A stretch of 61,611 bases of DNA, the filler included, from Pirum gemmata (taxonomy: Eukaryota): NCBI GenBank assembly GCA_002812295.1. It is 21 parts of 21 records of this genome, joined end to end, with 100 filler letters (N's around TTAATTAATTAA, not from the genome) between each part and the next. Parts side by side here need not be neighbours in the genome. Positions count along the whole stretch, not along the records: positions 58,798 to 61,611 come from PDIN01004503.1; 20 more parts are not named here. The stretch is one strand, 5' to 3'. Position 1 is the stretch's first letter, and every line of letters begins with the position of its first letter. This document shows, piece by piece, positions 60,566 through 61,611 of this stretch. A model generated the notes under the pieces. That model did no database searches. It was not told the origin of the DNA and saw only the letters and a program-made list of their open reading frames with translations. The translations under genes were made by a program, and so were the position numbers.

Positions 60566-61611
60566 ACCAACGAAAAACTCAGAAACATATTTTGTGACCA
60601 ATTAATTTCTTTTTTATTTTTTAAAAAAATAATCAATTTACATGCAATATATTGGCTAATAAACGGTCAGTGAAATCTACATTTGGGTTTTTATATATTT
60701 TTTTATTTTTTTTTTATTTTTTTTTTTTATTATTTTTTTAATTTTAGTACAATATTCCCAGTAAACAACTAAACATTTCGATCAAGCCTAGACTATGTTG
60801 AGAAACAGAAACAGTGAGGAGAAACCCTAATCTGTGTAAAACTAGGAAAAAAAAAAAAAAAAAAATAGTAAAAGTGTTTGCCAGAACTTTGCCCAATAGA
60901 CCAACAACAACAACAAAAAAATTATTCAATTTTATATAATTTGAATTTATTATTATACTATAATAATATTGTATACGATAATAATAAATAATAATAGTAA
61001 AGTAAATTAAAATAAATAGGTAAAAAATTATTGCATAAATTTCAATATATACGCTTTTATGATCGAGTATGATCGTGAAATAAAATTATAAAATTTTAAT
61101 ATAAAAATTGATTGGTTAGCAAGGTTCTTCGTTATATAAATTATTGCTTTACAGTCTTTACACACTTCAACTCTACGCTATACCAATAGTCTCTTGTTAT
61201 ATATATAAATTACTTTACACACTTTATCTGTTACACAGTATTGTACGATGTCATTTTTTTCATTTTGACTGTAAGAATTTAAAAAGAGTTAGTTAGCTTA
61301 ATTTTTTCATATTTTCTTTTTAAAATCTATTATAATTACCAACATTAATGATTATTGTTGAAGTACTTTGGTTCAGAAAATTTAATATAGCCATAAAGTT
61401 GGCTTTAGCCTATAGGAGTTGCGAGTAGAAGTAGTAATAGTTGATTCATTATTATTATTGTTAATTAACGTTGTTTATTGGTTGGGTTTTAAAATGAGGA
61501 AAATATTATATTAAATTTAATGTTTCCAATTATTGAGGTCTCTCCACCTACCCGACCTACAACAACAAAACTTATTATTATTATTATTATTATATTATTA
61601 TTATTATTATT

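Noticed and set aside
60744..60929. 61-aa hydrophobic ORF
   Set aside because: Runs through poly-T and GTT tracts; at most a short terminal exon, unsupported

Overview
Very AT-rich eukaryotic DNA that is not one locus. It is about 21 small contigs (mostly ~2.8 kb) joined by artificial N-TTAATTAATTAA-N linkers, so gene neighbourhood across linkers carries no information and most genes are truncated. TTAGGG repeats, GT-AG introns, poly-Asn/Gln coding tracts, an NF-kB/Rel protein with a Ser-type RFRYxSE loop, Phactr/Bni4-type PP1 regulators and Tyr-rich receptor tails suggest a unicellular opisthokont, probably a holozoan (inference only). Coding content: an ankyrin-less NF-kB-like factor, three (possibly four) single-pass receptors, a secreted 6-Cys prepropeptide with a decayed tandem twin, two convergent Phactr-like genes, a triple LOTUS/OST-HTH protein overlapped by an unannotated divergent ubiquitin exon, an ankyrin+SAP protein, a TLC-domain protein, a type II glycosyltransferase, a possible dead nucleotidyltransferase and a LINE RT relic. 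Non-coding DNA holds about nine MITE families, tRNA-derived SINEs and microsatellites. The strongest novel signal is that three kinase-less receptors with unrelated ectodomains share one juxtamembrane cytoplasmic motif, (L/F)(N/L)G(V/M/L)(S/T)xx(D/Q/E)FV...DxEY, followed by tails with many tyrosines. This points to an undescribed modular phosphotyrosine receptor family. All family assignments are by eye, with no database search.
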